Of a DNA stretch of 64,000 nucleotides, positions 1 through 8,625 are shown in pieces. The notes under the pieces were generated by a model that was not told the origin of the DNA, did not search any database, and worked only from the letters and a program-made list of their open reading frames with translations. The first letter of the stretch is position 1. The number at the start of each line of letters is the position of its first letter. The translations under genes and the position numbers were made by a program. Origin of the DNA: Alphaproteobacteria bacterium (GTDB lineage Bacteria > Pseudomonadota > Alphaproteobacteria > UBA8366 > GCA-2717185); contig JBBDQU010000005.1 of the NCBI GenBank assembly GCA_040905865.1, positions 105,368-169,367 on the forward strand, written 5' to 3'.

Positions 1-806
1 AGGTCAACCCGCTTGTTCTGGCGGCGGCGCGCCTTGCCGGGGTTACCGAGGTATATCGGATCGGCGGCGCACAGGCGATTGCCGCCCTGGCCTATGGCAC
101 GCAAAGCATTCCCGCGGTCAGCAAGATCGTCGGCCCCGGCAATGCCTATGTCGCCGCGGCGAAACGACAGGTCTTCGGCCATGTCGGCATCGACATGATC
201 GCGGGTCCATCGGAAATCCTCGTGGTTGCCGATCGGGAAAACGACCCGGACTGGATTGCCTCAGACCTGTTGTCACAGGCGGAACATGACGAAGCGGCGC
301 AGTCGATCCTGATCACCGATGACCGGGACTTTGCCGATGCGGTGACCGGGGCGGTTGAACGGCAGCTCACAACCATGGCGCGTGGCGTTATCGCGGCCGC
401 CAGCTGGCGCGATAACGGCGCTGTCATCGCCGTGGGCGCACTGGCGGACGCCATTCCGCTGGTGAACCGCATCGCGCCGGAGCATCTTGAACTGGCGGTT
501 GCGGATCCGGATGCACTGGCCGCACAGGTACGCAATGCGGGGGCGATCTTCCTGGGCCGTTATACGCCCGAAGCAATTGGCGATTATGTCGGTGGCCCCA
601 ACCATGTCCTGCCGACCGCACGGACCGCACGGTTTTCGTCCGGTTTGAGTGTGCTGGATTTCATGAAGCGGACGACCCTGATCGGCTGCGACGCGGCCAG
701 TCTGGCCGCAATCGGACCCGCTGCCGTATCGCTGGCGAATGCAGAGGGGCTGGCGGCGCATGCACGTTCGGTTTCAATCCGGTTGAATTCCTCCCGCAAC
801 GGATAG
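1..806 (+). CDS. hisD: histidinol dehydrogenase, C-terminal part (5' end lies outside the window; reading frame starts at base 3)
   Basis: Frame 3 is open from base 3. It reads ...[74 protein letters not shown], the conserved HisD core. Confidence 0.95.
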   Translation, partial: VNPLVLAAARLAGVTEVYRIGGAQAIAALAYGTQSIPAVSKIVGPGNAYVAAAKRQVFGHVGIDMIAGPSEILVVADRENDPDWIASDLLSQAEHDEAAQSILITDDRDFADAVTGAVERQLTTMARGVIAAASWRDNGAVIAVGALADAIPLVNRIAPEHLELAVADPDALAAQVRNAGAIFLGRYTPEAIGDYVGGPNHVLPTARTARFSSGLSVLDFMKRTTLIGCDAASLAAIGPAAVSLANAEGLAAHARSVSIRLNSSRNG

Positions 807-819
807 GCGCGCCGTTGCG

Positions 820-1293
820 ATGTCGGATCAGCGCATCGTTCATATTGAACTCGACCGGAAGACGCTGGTCAGCCGCAGCGCCGAAGTCGAGCATGAACGC
901 GCGGCGGCAATCTACGACCTTCTCGAGGCGAACCATTTCGCGCCGGTTGGCGATTTTGACGGACCGTACCGGGTCCGCATGAGGGTCGAGGACGCCAACA
1001 GGCTGGTCATCGATATCAGCAATACCCTTGGTGTTGCGCTGGCCAGTATTTCGATGTCGCTGATGCCGTTCCGGCGTATCATCCGCGATTATTTCAAGAT
1101 CTGCGAAAGTTACTTCGATGCGATCAAACGATTGTCGCCGTCGCAGATCGAGACTATCGACATGGCCCGGCGCGGCCTGCACAACGAAGGTTCCGAGTTC
1201 CTGATGGAGCGGCTGGAAGGCAAGGCCGTCATGGACAGGGATACCGCGCGGCGTCTGTTCACGCTGCTTTGCGTGCTGCATTTCCGCGGCTGA
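820..1293 (+). CDS. UPF0262-family protein (conserved alphaproteobacterial protein usually found next to hisD)
   Basis: 157-aa ORF starting MSDQRIVHIELD...EHERAAAIYDLLE. Its position directly after hisD matches the usual synteny. Confidence 0.8.
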   Translation: MSDQRIVHIELDRKTLVSRSAEVEHERAAAIYDLLEANHFAPVGDFDGPYRVRMRVEDANRLVIDISNTLGVALASISMSLMPFRRIIRDYFKICESYFDAIKRLSPSQIETIDMARRGLHNEGSEFLMERLEGKAVMDRDTARRLFTLLCVLHFRG

Positions 1294-1297
1294 CCCG

Positions 1298-1741
1298 ATG
1301 ATTGAGATGCCGGATTCCGTTCTCTTCGCCTGTACCTGGAACGCGGTGCGTTCTCCGATGGCGGAAGCCATGATGAAGTACCTGCACGGGCACAGGGTAT
1401 ATGTCGATTCCGTCGGCGTGCGGGCCGGGGAACTGGACCAGTTCGCTGTCGGGGTTCTGGACGAGATCGGTATCGATCTGTCGCGCCATAAGCCGAAGAC
1501 ATTCGATGAACTGGAAGACACGTCCTATGATCTGATCATTACGCTCTCGCCCGAAGCCCAGCATCATGCGCTCGAAATGACCAGAACGATGGCCGTTGAG
1601 GTCGAGTTCTGGCATACACTGGATCCCAGCACGATTGACGGCAGCCGGGAACGGCGCCTGACGGTTTATCGGCAAATTCGCGATCAGTTGATGAACCGGC
1701 TTAAAGACCGCTTTCCCATTGCCCCGTCAATAGGCATATGA
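1298..1741 (+). CDS. low-molecular-weight phosphotyrosine phosphatase / ArsC-like protein
   Basis: N-terminal C-X5-R-S P-loop (LFACTWNAVRSPMAE). About 147 aa, the right size for this family. Confidence 0.85.
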   Translation: MIEMPDSVLFACTWNAVRSPMAEAMMKYLHGHRVYVDSVGVRAGELDQFAVGVLDEIGIDLSRHKPKTFDELEDTSYDLIITLSPEAQHHALEMTRTMAVEVEFWHTLDPSTIDGSRERRLTVYRQIRDQLMNRLKDRFPIAPSIGI

Positions 1742-1802
1742 TGGTCGCTACCGGACGGACTGGTTATAATAATACCGTGCATAGGCTTGATGAGAAGAAG
1801 GT

Positions 1803-2021
1803 ATGGCAAAAGAAGAGCTTCTGGAATTCGAAGGCACCGTGAATGAAGTGCTGCCCAATGCAATGTTCAAGGTAACACTGGAAAACGGTCATGAATTGCT
1901 TGCGCATACGGCTGGTAAAATGCGTCGTTTCCGTATCCGGGTCCTCGCGGGCGACAAGGTGACTGTGGAAATGACGCCTTACGACCTGTCCAAGGGGCGG
2001 ATCATATATCGCCACAAGTAA
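1803..2021 (+). CDS. infA: translation initiation factor IF-1
   Basis: 72 aa, [72 protein letters not shown]. This is a near-canonical IF-1. Confidence 0.97.
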   Translation: MAKEELLEFEGTVNEVLPNAMFKVTLENGHELLAHTAGKMRRFRIRVLAGDKVTVEMTPYDLSKGRIIYRHK

Positions 2022-2023
2022 CC

Positions 2024-2614
2024 ATGCCGCAGTGTAACCGCGCGCCGCGTCTGGTCCTGGCGTCGGCGTCGCCGCGCCGGCTTGAACTGCTGACGCAAAT
2101 CGGCCTGCCGCCAAATGCTGTCATTCCCGCAGACATCGACGAAACGCCCTTGCCCCGGGAACTGCCACGCCAATATGCTGCGCGAATCGCGGCGGCGAAA
2201 TGCGACGTCGTTGCAACGCAATACCCGGATTCGATCGTGCTCGCGGCGGATACCGTGGTGGCGCGTGGCCGGCGGATACTGCCGAAGGCGGATAATCTCC
2301 AGACTGCCCGGGACTGCCTGAACCTGCTGTCGGGAGAACGCCACCGGGTTTACGGTGGTATCGCGTTATGCGGGCCCGACGGTCGCCGATCGGCGCGGAT
2401 CGTCCTGACCGCCGTCGTCTTCAAGCGGCTGTCGCAGGATGAAATCGAATCCTATCTTTCCAGCGGGGAATGGAACGGCAAGGCGGGGGGCTATGCAATC
2501 CAGGGGCGGGCCGCCGCATTCGTGCGCCAGATCAACGGCTCCTATTCGAACGTCGTCGGCCTGCCGCTTTTCGAGACGGCGCAACTGCTGCAGGGTATGG
2601 GATTACGGGCATGA
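2024..2614 (+). CDS. maf: Maf-like nucleoside triphosphate pyrophosphatase (septum formation protein)
   Basis: N-terminal LVLASASPRRLELLTQIGL and C-terminal GGYAIQG motifs. Confidence 0.9.
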   Translation: MPQCNRAPRLVLASASPRRLELLTQIGLPPNAVIPADIDETPLPRELPRQYAARIAAAKCDVVATQYPDSIVLAADTVVARGRRILPKADNLQTARDCLNLLSGERHRVYGGIALCGPDGRRSARIVLTAVVFKRLSQDEIESYLSSGEWNGKAGGYAIQGRAAAFVRQINGSYSNVVGLPLFETAQLLQGMGLRA

Positions 2615-3999
2615 CGACGGATGCAATCGATCTTCTCGTCGAGGTTTCGCCGGGAGAAACCCGGATTGCGCTGGTCGACGGCAAGGGCAAGCTGGTGGAA
2701 CTGCGAATCGAAAGGATCGATCGGCCCTCAATGGTCGATGGTATCTATCGCGGGCGGGTGCGGCGCGTGGAACCCGGTCTCGATGGCGCCTTCGTCGATT
2801 TTGGCGCCGGGATCGAGGGCTTCCTGCGCCGGCACAAGGGGCTGCATGAGGGGCAGGCGATCACCGTTCAGGTCAGCCGGGATGGCAGCGGCTCAAAGGG
2901 ACCGGCGCTGGCCGACCGCATCGCGCTTCCGGGACGCTACCTCGTCTGGACGCCGTCGCGGCCCGGTATCGTGTATTCCGCGCGGCTCGGCAACGGCCGG
3001 GAACGGGCGCGGCTGGAGGCCGTTATGCCGGCAATCCTGCAGCAGGGAGAGGGGGTGGCTGTCCGGGCGGCGGCGGCCTGTGTCGACGATGCGGTTATCG
3101 CCATGGAAGCAGAACGCCTGCGAGCCGCCTGGCGGGCGCTCGGGGAATCCGCACCGGACGCTGCCGTGCCCGGTGTGCTGCTTGCCCCGCCGTCTTTGCT
3201 GGCCAGGACTTTGCGCGACATGGAAACCGGCGACACCGTGATCGACGACCGGCTGGTATTGCGGGAGGCCCTGACACTTGTCGATGAGAGGATGCCGGAC
3301 CGGCAGGGGCGCTTGCATCTGCATTCGGGCACGGTCCCCATTTTCGATGCGCACGGCATCGCCGACGCGATAGACGGTGTCTGCGACCGGGTTGTGTCCC
3401 TTCCGGGCGGCGCAAGGTTAATTTTCGATACCGCCGAGGCGCTGACGGCGATTGACGTCGACAGCGGCGCCGGCGGCCGCGGTTCTTCCGATAGCGCGAG
3501 CCTCAAGACCAATCTGGCCGTCCTGCCGGAAGTGGCCCGGCAGATTCGGTTGCGAAATATTTCCGGGTTGATCGTGGTGGATTTTATCTCCGTGAAGCGC
3601 AAGGATGCCCGTGCACAGTTCCTGCAGGCGGTCCGGCAGGCTTTCCGGCACGACCCGTTGCAGGTCGATGTTCTTGACCTGACGGTTGCGGGACTGGTGG
3701 AACTGACGCGCCGCCGGATGTCGCCGCCGCTGGACGATTTATTGCGCCGCCGCGCCACCGCCACGGCCTCGCCCGAGGCGACGGCCTGCGCCATTTTGCG
3801 GGCCGCACAGCGCCTGAAGGGATCGGGTGTTCCCTGTGCGACGGCGTCGCCCGAGGTGGCGGAATTGCTGGAAGACGGTCCGTTCGCCCCGGCGCTGGCG
3901 GCCGTAAACAGGCGGCTGGGCCAGCCATTGCGCTTTGACCGGTCGGAAGGCGCGGATGACTGGGAAATTGCCATGCGGCCGGGAAAGGAGACATCATGA
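2611..3999 (+). CDS. ribonuclease E/G family protein
   Basis: I place the start at ATG 2611, which overlaps the maf stop as ATGA. The 2470 start in the ORF track is an Arg/Gly-rich extension. Family-like stretches include EALTAIDVDSG and ISGLIVVDFI. Confidence 0.85.
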   Translation: MTTDAIDLLVEVSPGETRIALVDGKGKLVELRIERIDRPSMVDGIYRGRVRRVEPGLDGAFVDFGAGIEGFLRRHKGLHEGQAITVQVSRDGSGSKGPALADRIALPGRYLVWTPSRPGIVYSARLGNGRERARLEAVMPAILQQGEGVAVRAAAACVDDAVIAMEAERLRAAWRALGESAPDAAVPGVLLAPPSLLARTLRDMETGDTVIDDRLVLREALTLVDERMPDRQGRLHLHSGTVPIFDAHGIADAIDGVCDRVVSLPGGARLIFDTAEALTAIDVDSGAGGRGSSDSASLKTNLAVLPEVARQIRLRNISGLIVVDFISVKRKDARAQFLQAVRQAFRHDPLQVDVLDLTVAGLVELTRRRMSPPLDDLLRRRATATASPEATACAILRAAQRLKGSGVPCATASPEVAELLEDGPFAPALAAVNRRLGQPLRFDRSEGADDWEIAMRPGKETS

Positions 4000-4181
4000 G
4001 CGGCAAAAAATGCGTTATCTGCGGCGATGCGGTCGATCTGGCATTCAGGCAGTTTTGCTCAAAACGATGCGCGGATGTGGACCTGCAGCGATGGCTTACG
4101 GGCGGTTACCGCATCATGACGGACGAAGAACCCGATCCGGGCGAACCGATCCCCGTCGATCCTGAAGACAGCCGCCTATAG
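3996..4181 (+). CDS. yacG: DNA gyrase inhibitor YacG (zinc-ribbon protein)
   Basis: 61 aa with C-x2-C...C-x3-C (CVICGD...FCSKRCADVDLQRWL). The ATGA overlaps the upstream stop. Confidence 0.85.
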   Translation: MSGKKCVICGDAVDLAFRQFCSKRCADVDLQRWLTGGYRIMTDEEPDPGEPIPVDPEDSRL

Positions 4182-4244
4182 GTGCTGGACAGCCGCGCCG
4201 TAATTCATTATGTAATCCATCCGCTTCACGTTGAAAGCGGGGAT

Positions 4245-4320
4245 GCCCAGGTAGCTCAGCTGGTAGAGCAGTGGACTGAAAATCCGCGTGTCGGTCGTTC
4301 GAGTCGGCCCCTGGGCACCA
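4245..4320 (+). tRNA. tRNA-Phe (anticodon GAA)
   Basis: Hand-folded cloverleaf. Acceptor stem GCCCAGG/CCTGGGC, D stem GCTC/GAGC, anticodon stem GTGGA/TCCGC with loop CTGAAAA, T stem GGTCG/CGGCC with TTCGAGT loop, encoded CCA. Confidence 0.95.
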
Positions 4321-4330
4321 TTTTTCAAGT

Positions 4331-4381
4331 GTTTGGTTGGATCGCCAGAGGCGATTCCGGCCGAATACGATCTGATCTATG
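4331..4381 (+). repeat. short structured repeat, family 1, copy 1
   Basis: GTTTGGTTGGATCGCCAGAGGCGATTCCGGCCGAATACGATCTGATCTATG. The same architecture recurs at 17026-17080 and 22468-22520. Confidence 0.75.
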
Positions 4382-4398
4382 GGACAGGCAGGGGTAGC

Positions 4399-5427
4399 TC
4401 AAGGCAATTTGCCCTGACAGTGCCGCTCGCGTAACGTGGTCAGGTAGGCCTCCTCGATGGCCACGCCCTCACTCGGCGTTCGCTCGCGAGCGGCATAGCG
4501 CCGATCGGAGGGAAGACGCAAATCGCCGTCGCCCACGATGCGCGCGAACAGCCGTTCGGCCGTTTCGGTCGCGCTCGCCGGGCCGCTGCCGGCGAATGCC
4601 TCCGGATCGAAAGCCATGATGACGTTGCCGCCGTCAGGCGGGCCGCCGTCGCCATTGTCTTCCTCGGCGACCTGGACGCTCAGCTTGCCGCCGCCGAAAG
4701 CCGCCGCCATCAGTTCGACCATCAGCGCGATGTTGGCGCCCTTGTAGTCGCCGAATGGAAGCTGCGCGCCAGCCAGCCCTGCCGCCGCATCGGTTGTCGG
4801 TTCGCCGTCCGGATCGATTGCCCAGCCTTCCGGGATCGGCTTGCCCTCGCGCCGGTGGATCTCGATCTCGCCGCGCGCGATGGCAGCCGAGGCCATGTCC
4901 CAGACCAGCGGGTTCCGGCCCGGCCGTGGCCAGGCGAAGGCCATCGGGTTGGTGCCGTATATCCGCTCGCGCCCGCCCGGATGCACCACCGAGGATCTGG
5001 AGTTCACCAACATCAACCCGATCAGTCCGTCCTTCGCCAGCGGCTCCAGATCGTGCCAAAGGGCGTGGAAATGGTTGGCCGTCTGCAGGGTGGCGATGGC
5101 GACGCCGGTCGCCCGCGCCTTTTCCGCCAATGTGGGGCGGGCCCGTTTCACGGCCAACGCCGAAAAGCCGCGATCCGCATCGACCTTCAGCAGGCTCGGG
5201 CCGAGATCGTGCAGCTTTGGGTCGGCCTGGCCGTTTACCCGGCCGCTGCGCATCGAGCTGCAGTAGCCCGGAATGCGGTGCAGCCCGTGGCTGTGGCAGG
5301 CATCGCGCTCGGCAGCGACAACGATCTCCACCACCGCGTCGCGGTTCGCCTCGTTCATACCGGCGGCGGCCAGCGCCCTGTCCGCGATGTCGCGTACTTC
5401 TTCCAGCGTGATCATCACGACGCTCAA
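4399..5427 (-). CDS. Ldh2-family (malate/L-lactate dehydrogenase type 2) oxidoreductase, for example a cyclic-imine carboxylate reductase-like enzyme
   Basis: 342 aa with ...ERDACHSHGLHRIPGY... and YGTNPMAFAWP, typical of the Ldh_2 family. Confidence 0.8.
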   Translation of the reverse strand: MSVVMITLEEVRDIADRALAAAGMNEANRDAVVEIVVAAERDACHSHGLHRIPGYCSSMRSGRVNGQADPKLHDLGPSLLKVDADRGFSALAVKRARPTLAEKARATGVAIATLQTANHFHALWHDLEPLAKDGLIGLMLVNSRSSVVHPGGRERIYGTNPMAFAWPRPGRNPLVWDMASAAIARGEIEIHRREGKPIPEGWAIDPDGEPTTDAAAGLAGAQLPFGDYKGANIALMVELMAAAFGGGKLSVQVAEEDNGDGGPPDGGNVIMAFDPEAFAGSGPASATETAERLFARIVGDGDLRLPSDRRYAARERTPSEGVAIEEAYLTTLRERHCQGKLP

Positions 5428-5461
5428 CGATCATCCCTCCCGGTTCACGCCAGCAGGCGCC

Positions 5462-6637
5462 TCAGGCGGTGAGGCCGGCCTCCAGCAACGGTCTGTTCTC
5501 CCTGACCCGCCGATAGGAGAAGCGGGTGAGATCGATGGTCTGGTAGCCGCCGTCGATGACCAGTTCCTTGATTGCGCGCCCGATGGCGGGCGCCTTCTGC
5601 AACCCTGCCCCTGAAAACCCGGTGGCGGTGATGAAGTTCTCCATCTCCCCCTCCCAGGGGCCGATGATGACGTTGCCGTCCAGCCGGTTCTGCGCGTAAT
5701 GGCCGGGCCAGGATCGGCCGAGCCTGATCGCCGCGAACTTCGGAACGCGGTGAGCCAACGATTCCCAGATTACCCGCTCGAAGAAATCCGGCACCATCTC
5801 CCAGTTCCAGCCGCCGGGTTCGTTCTTGTCGGTGAAGCCGGAGATGAAGCCCTTGCCCTCGGGCCGCACGCTCACGCCGGAATCGTCCCGGGTGGTGGGC
5901 AGCACTTCGAGCTCCTCGCGGCATTCGAAGAAAAAGGTCATGCGCCGCATCGGCTCGACCGGAATCTTCATGCCCACCATGGCGCAGATCTCCGAGGCCC
6001 AGGCGCCGGTCAGGTTCACGACGAAATCGGCGGCCAGCGTTTCGCCCGATTCCAGGGTGACGCCGCGCGCGAGGCCGCCGCTGTGCCCGACGCCGACGAC
6101 CCGGTCCTTGCGGTATTCCACGCCCAGGCTGGTCGCCTTCTTGCGGAAGCCGGTCAGCGCCGCATAGGGGTCAAGCGAACCGTCGTCGATCGCGTTCGCC
6201 GCGTTGATAACGTCGTCGGTGTTGAGCGACGGGAAGCGCGCCTTCACGGCACCCGCATCCAGCAGGTCGACCCGTGCGCCCTCGCGGGTCTGGATCTTCC
6301 AGGCGGATTCCAGGATCTCAGCCGATTCCGGCTTGGTTGCGATGTTCAGGTAGCCATGTCGGCGGAATCCCAGATGCGGCACCTCCCCGTCAACGGCCAT
6401 GAGGGTATCGAAATCGCCGTAGACTTGCTGACTGTAGAGGGCGAGTTGGATGTTCTCCGGCAGGGAATGCAACGACCGCACACCGCCCGAGGATCGGGGC
6501 GTGGCTGCAAACTCATATGTCGGGTCGGGCTCGATGACCGTGACGTCGGCGGCGGCGCCCGCCATCGCCAGGTGATAGGCCGCGCTGGAGCCCATGACTC
6601 CGCCGCCAACGATAATGATCCTTGCCATAGCGCTCAT
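5462..6637 (-). CDS. FAD-dependent oxidoreductase (DAO / sarcosine-oxidase-beta-like)
   Basis: N-terminal dinucleotide-binding motif RIIIVGGGVMGSSAAYHLA. 391 aa. Confidence 0.85.
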   Translation of the reverse strand: MSAMARIIIVGGGVMGSSAAYHLAMAGAAADVTVIEPDPTYEFAATPRSSGGVRSLHSLPENIQLALYSQQVYGDFDTLMAVDGEVPHLGFRRHGYLNIATKPESAEILESAWKIQTREGARVDLLDAGAVKARFPSLNTDDVINAANAIDDGSLDPYAALTGFRKKATSLGVEYRKDRVVGVGHSGGLARGVTLESGETLAADFVVNLTGAWASEICAMVGMKIPVEPMRRMTFFFECREELEVLPTTRDDSGVSVRPEGKGFISGFTDKNEPGGWNWEMVPDFFERVIWESLAHRVPKFAAIRLGRSWPGHYAQNRLDGNVIIGPWEGEMENFITATGFSGAGLQKAPAIGRAIKELVIDGGYQTIDLTRFSYRRVRENRPLLEAGLTA

Positions 6638-6972
6638 ACTATCGCGACAAAAGCGTTGCGCCTAACCCAATCTGCGGGCTCCACGCCTCATTCCGTCGCA
6701 GCAGCCTCCCGCAAGGACTCAAGTCACCCAGGGACTCTGCTTTTGACTGTATGAAACCTGGCGTTTTGCCACGCCGACCTATCCTCCGCGCCGGGCAGGA
6801 TGAGGCGTCACTGTCTCCGAAGGGCGCTTCAAGAAGCACAAATTAATGGAATATCAGGAACCCGGCAGCGCGATATCGGTTAACTGAAAAAGGCGGTAAT
6901 GCAAAATTCGCCCTGACCGGCGGTGCGGAATGGAAGCCGGAATTTCAGAGGGCGGGAAATACGGAGGAAGGC

Positions 6973-7494
6973 ATGAATGGAAAATTTATTCGATCGATGC
7001 ATGCCGGCGCGGTGATAGGGGCCATGATCGCATCTGTCGGCTCTATCGCGGCGGCCGCGGAAGAGGCGAGCGCCAGCTTGAAAGACAGGGACGGCAAGCC
7101 CGTCGGCGAGGTCAGGTTTGTGGAAACGCCAAATGGAACGCTGCTGCACGCGACCCTCAGGGGACTACCCGAAGGAACCCATGCCTTCCACGTCCATGAG
7201 GTAGGCAAGTGTGAACCGCCTTTCGAATCGGCAGGAGGGCATGCGAATCCAGAGGATACGGCCCATGGCCTTAAATCCGGAAGCGGCCCGCATGCCGGCG
7301 ACATGCCGAATATTCACGTTCCGTCATCGGGTGAACTTGAGGTAGAGGTTTACAACGAGCGCCTCCAATTCGACAATGCGTTGTTCGATTCGGACGGTGC
7401 TGCCGTTGTGATCCATGCTGGCGCCGATGACTACGAAACCGACCCCGCCGGTGCGGCAGGAAATCGGATAGCCTGTGGCGTAATCGAGCGTTAA
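6973..7494 (+). CDS. sodC: Cu/Zn superoxide dismutase, periplasmic
   Basis: Signal-peptide-like N-terminus. HAFHVHEVGKC, GGHANP, GPHAGDMPN and VVIHAGADDYETDPAGAAGNRIACGVI motifs. Confidence 0.93.
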   Translation: MNGKFIRSMHAGAVIGAMIASVGSIAAAAEEASASLKDRDGKPVGEVRFVETPNGTLLHATLRGLPEGTHAFHVHEVGKCEPPFESAGGHANPEDTAHGLKSGSGPHAGDMPNIHVPSSGELEVEVYNERLQFDNALFDSDGAAVVIHAGADDYETDPAGAAGNRIACGVIER

Positions 7495-7611
7495 TGCCCC
7501 ATGCAGCCGGCGAACGGAATTCCTGATCGTCCCGCGACCTTTGTTTGGATAAAATACATGCCATAGGGAAAAGCGCAATCAGACCGTCGGGAAGGATGAA
7601 GGTAGTCGGGC

Positions 7612-8625
7612 ATGGATCCTGAAGCGGGGCGACAGACTCGATTGCTGAAACGGACCGACAATCTCGCCCGATTGCGTATCTGGCAGTCGCTGTTTGCGCT
7701 GGGCGCGATCGCAATCGCGGGGTATCTGCTTCACCGCGCGGTGGAACGCTACGGTATCGACGCCATTGTCGCATCCGTGCAGGGCTTCACCGCGGGGCAA
7801 CTCGTTCCGGTCGGGCTCTTCGCGGTGGCCAGCTATCTCTGCCTCACGGGCTTCGATGCCCTGGCGTTGCGCTATGTGCGGCAGGACGTTCCCTACCCAT
7901 ATGTTGCGATGACGTCTTTCACCAGTCTGTCGCTGGGTCATAATATCGGCTTCGCCGCCTTGAGCAGCGGTACGATCCGATTTCGCCTCTACTCGCGCTA
8001 CGGCCTGACGGCAGCGGATATCGCGCGGCTCATCGTTTTCTGCGGCGTTACCGTCGGCCTCGGCCTGATCACGCTGGCTGGTATCGTGCTGGCGGGCCGC
8101 GCGCAACTGGCGTCGGGGGCGCTTGGGGTGCCGACGGGGGTCGCGGTCCTGCTTGGCGCCGCCTGCATCTGCATCGCTGCTGGCTATGTCGCCGCGTGCC
8201 GTTTTATCCGGCGGCCGGTTTCCGTTCGCGGGTTTTCCCTGTCGCTGCCTTCGCCGGGTCTCGCGCTCGGCCAGATCCTCGTTGGAACGCTGAATTTCGC
8301 GCTGGTCGCCGGTTGCGTCCACCAGGCGATTGGTGTCGCGCACGACGTTCCCTATCTGGCGGTTGTGGCGGTGTATGTGCTTGCCAATCTCGTCGCCGTG
8401 ATCAGCCATGTGCCTGGCGGCCTGGGCGTCATCGAAAGCGTCGTGCTGACGCTGATACCCGGGGAGACGGTGCTTGGCGGTCTCATCGTCTTTCGGATCG
8501 CGTACTACTTCATTCCCCTGATTCTCGGGACAATAATTTTTGCCCTTTCGGAACTGGTGCGCTCGCGGCGCCGGAACGCGGTTAGAGCTGGCTCTCGTTC
8601 GGCAGGGTCGACAATAGGATCGTGA
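7612..8625 (+). CDS. YbhN/UPF0104-family integral membrane protein (lysylphosphatidylglycerol-synthase-type TM domain)
   Basis: 337 aa and highly hydrophobic with multiple predicted TM segments. It neighbours phospholipase-D and EEP-family genes, as in the E. coli ybhP-clsB-ybhN group. Confidence 0.7.
   Translation: MDPEAGRQTRLLKRTDNLARLRIWQSLFALGAIAIAGYLLHRAVERYGIDAIVASVQGFTAGQLVPVGLFAVASYLCLTGFDALALRYVRQDVPYPYVAMTSFTSLSLGHNIGFAALSSGTIRFRLYSRYGLTAADIARLIVFCGVTVGLGLITLAGIVLAGRAQLASGALGVPTGVAVLLGAACICIAAGYVAACRFIRRPVSVRGFSLSLPSPGLALGQILVGTLNFALVAGCVHQAIGVAHDVPYLAVVAVYVLANLVAVISHVPGGLGVIESVVLTLIPGETVLGGLIVFRIAYYFIPLILGTIIFALSELVRSRRRNAVRAGSRSAGSTIGS

Noticed and set aside
4245-4400. tRNA-Phe 3' flank considered as an integration site of a genomic island.
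   Set aside because: I saw no integrase, no direct repeat of the tRNA 3' end, and ordinary metabolic genes follow. The sequence after the tRNA is the family 1 repeat, which also occurs away from tRNAs.
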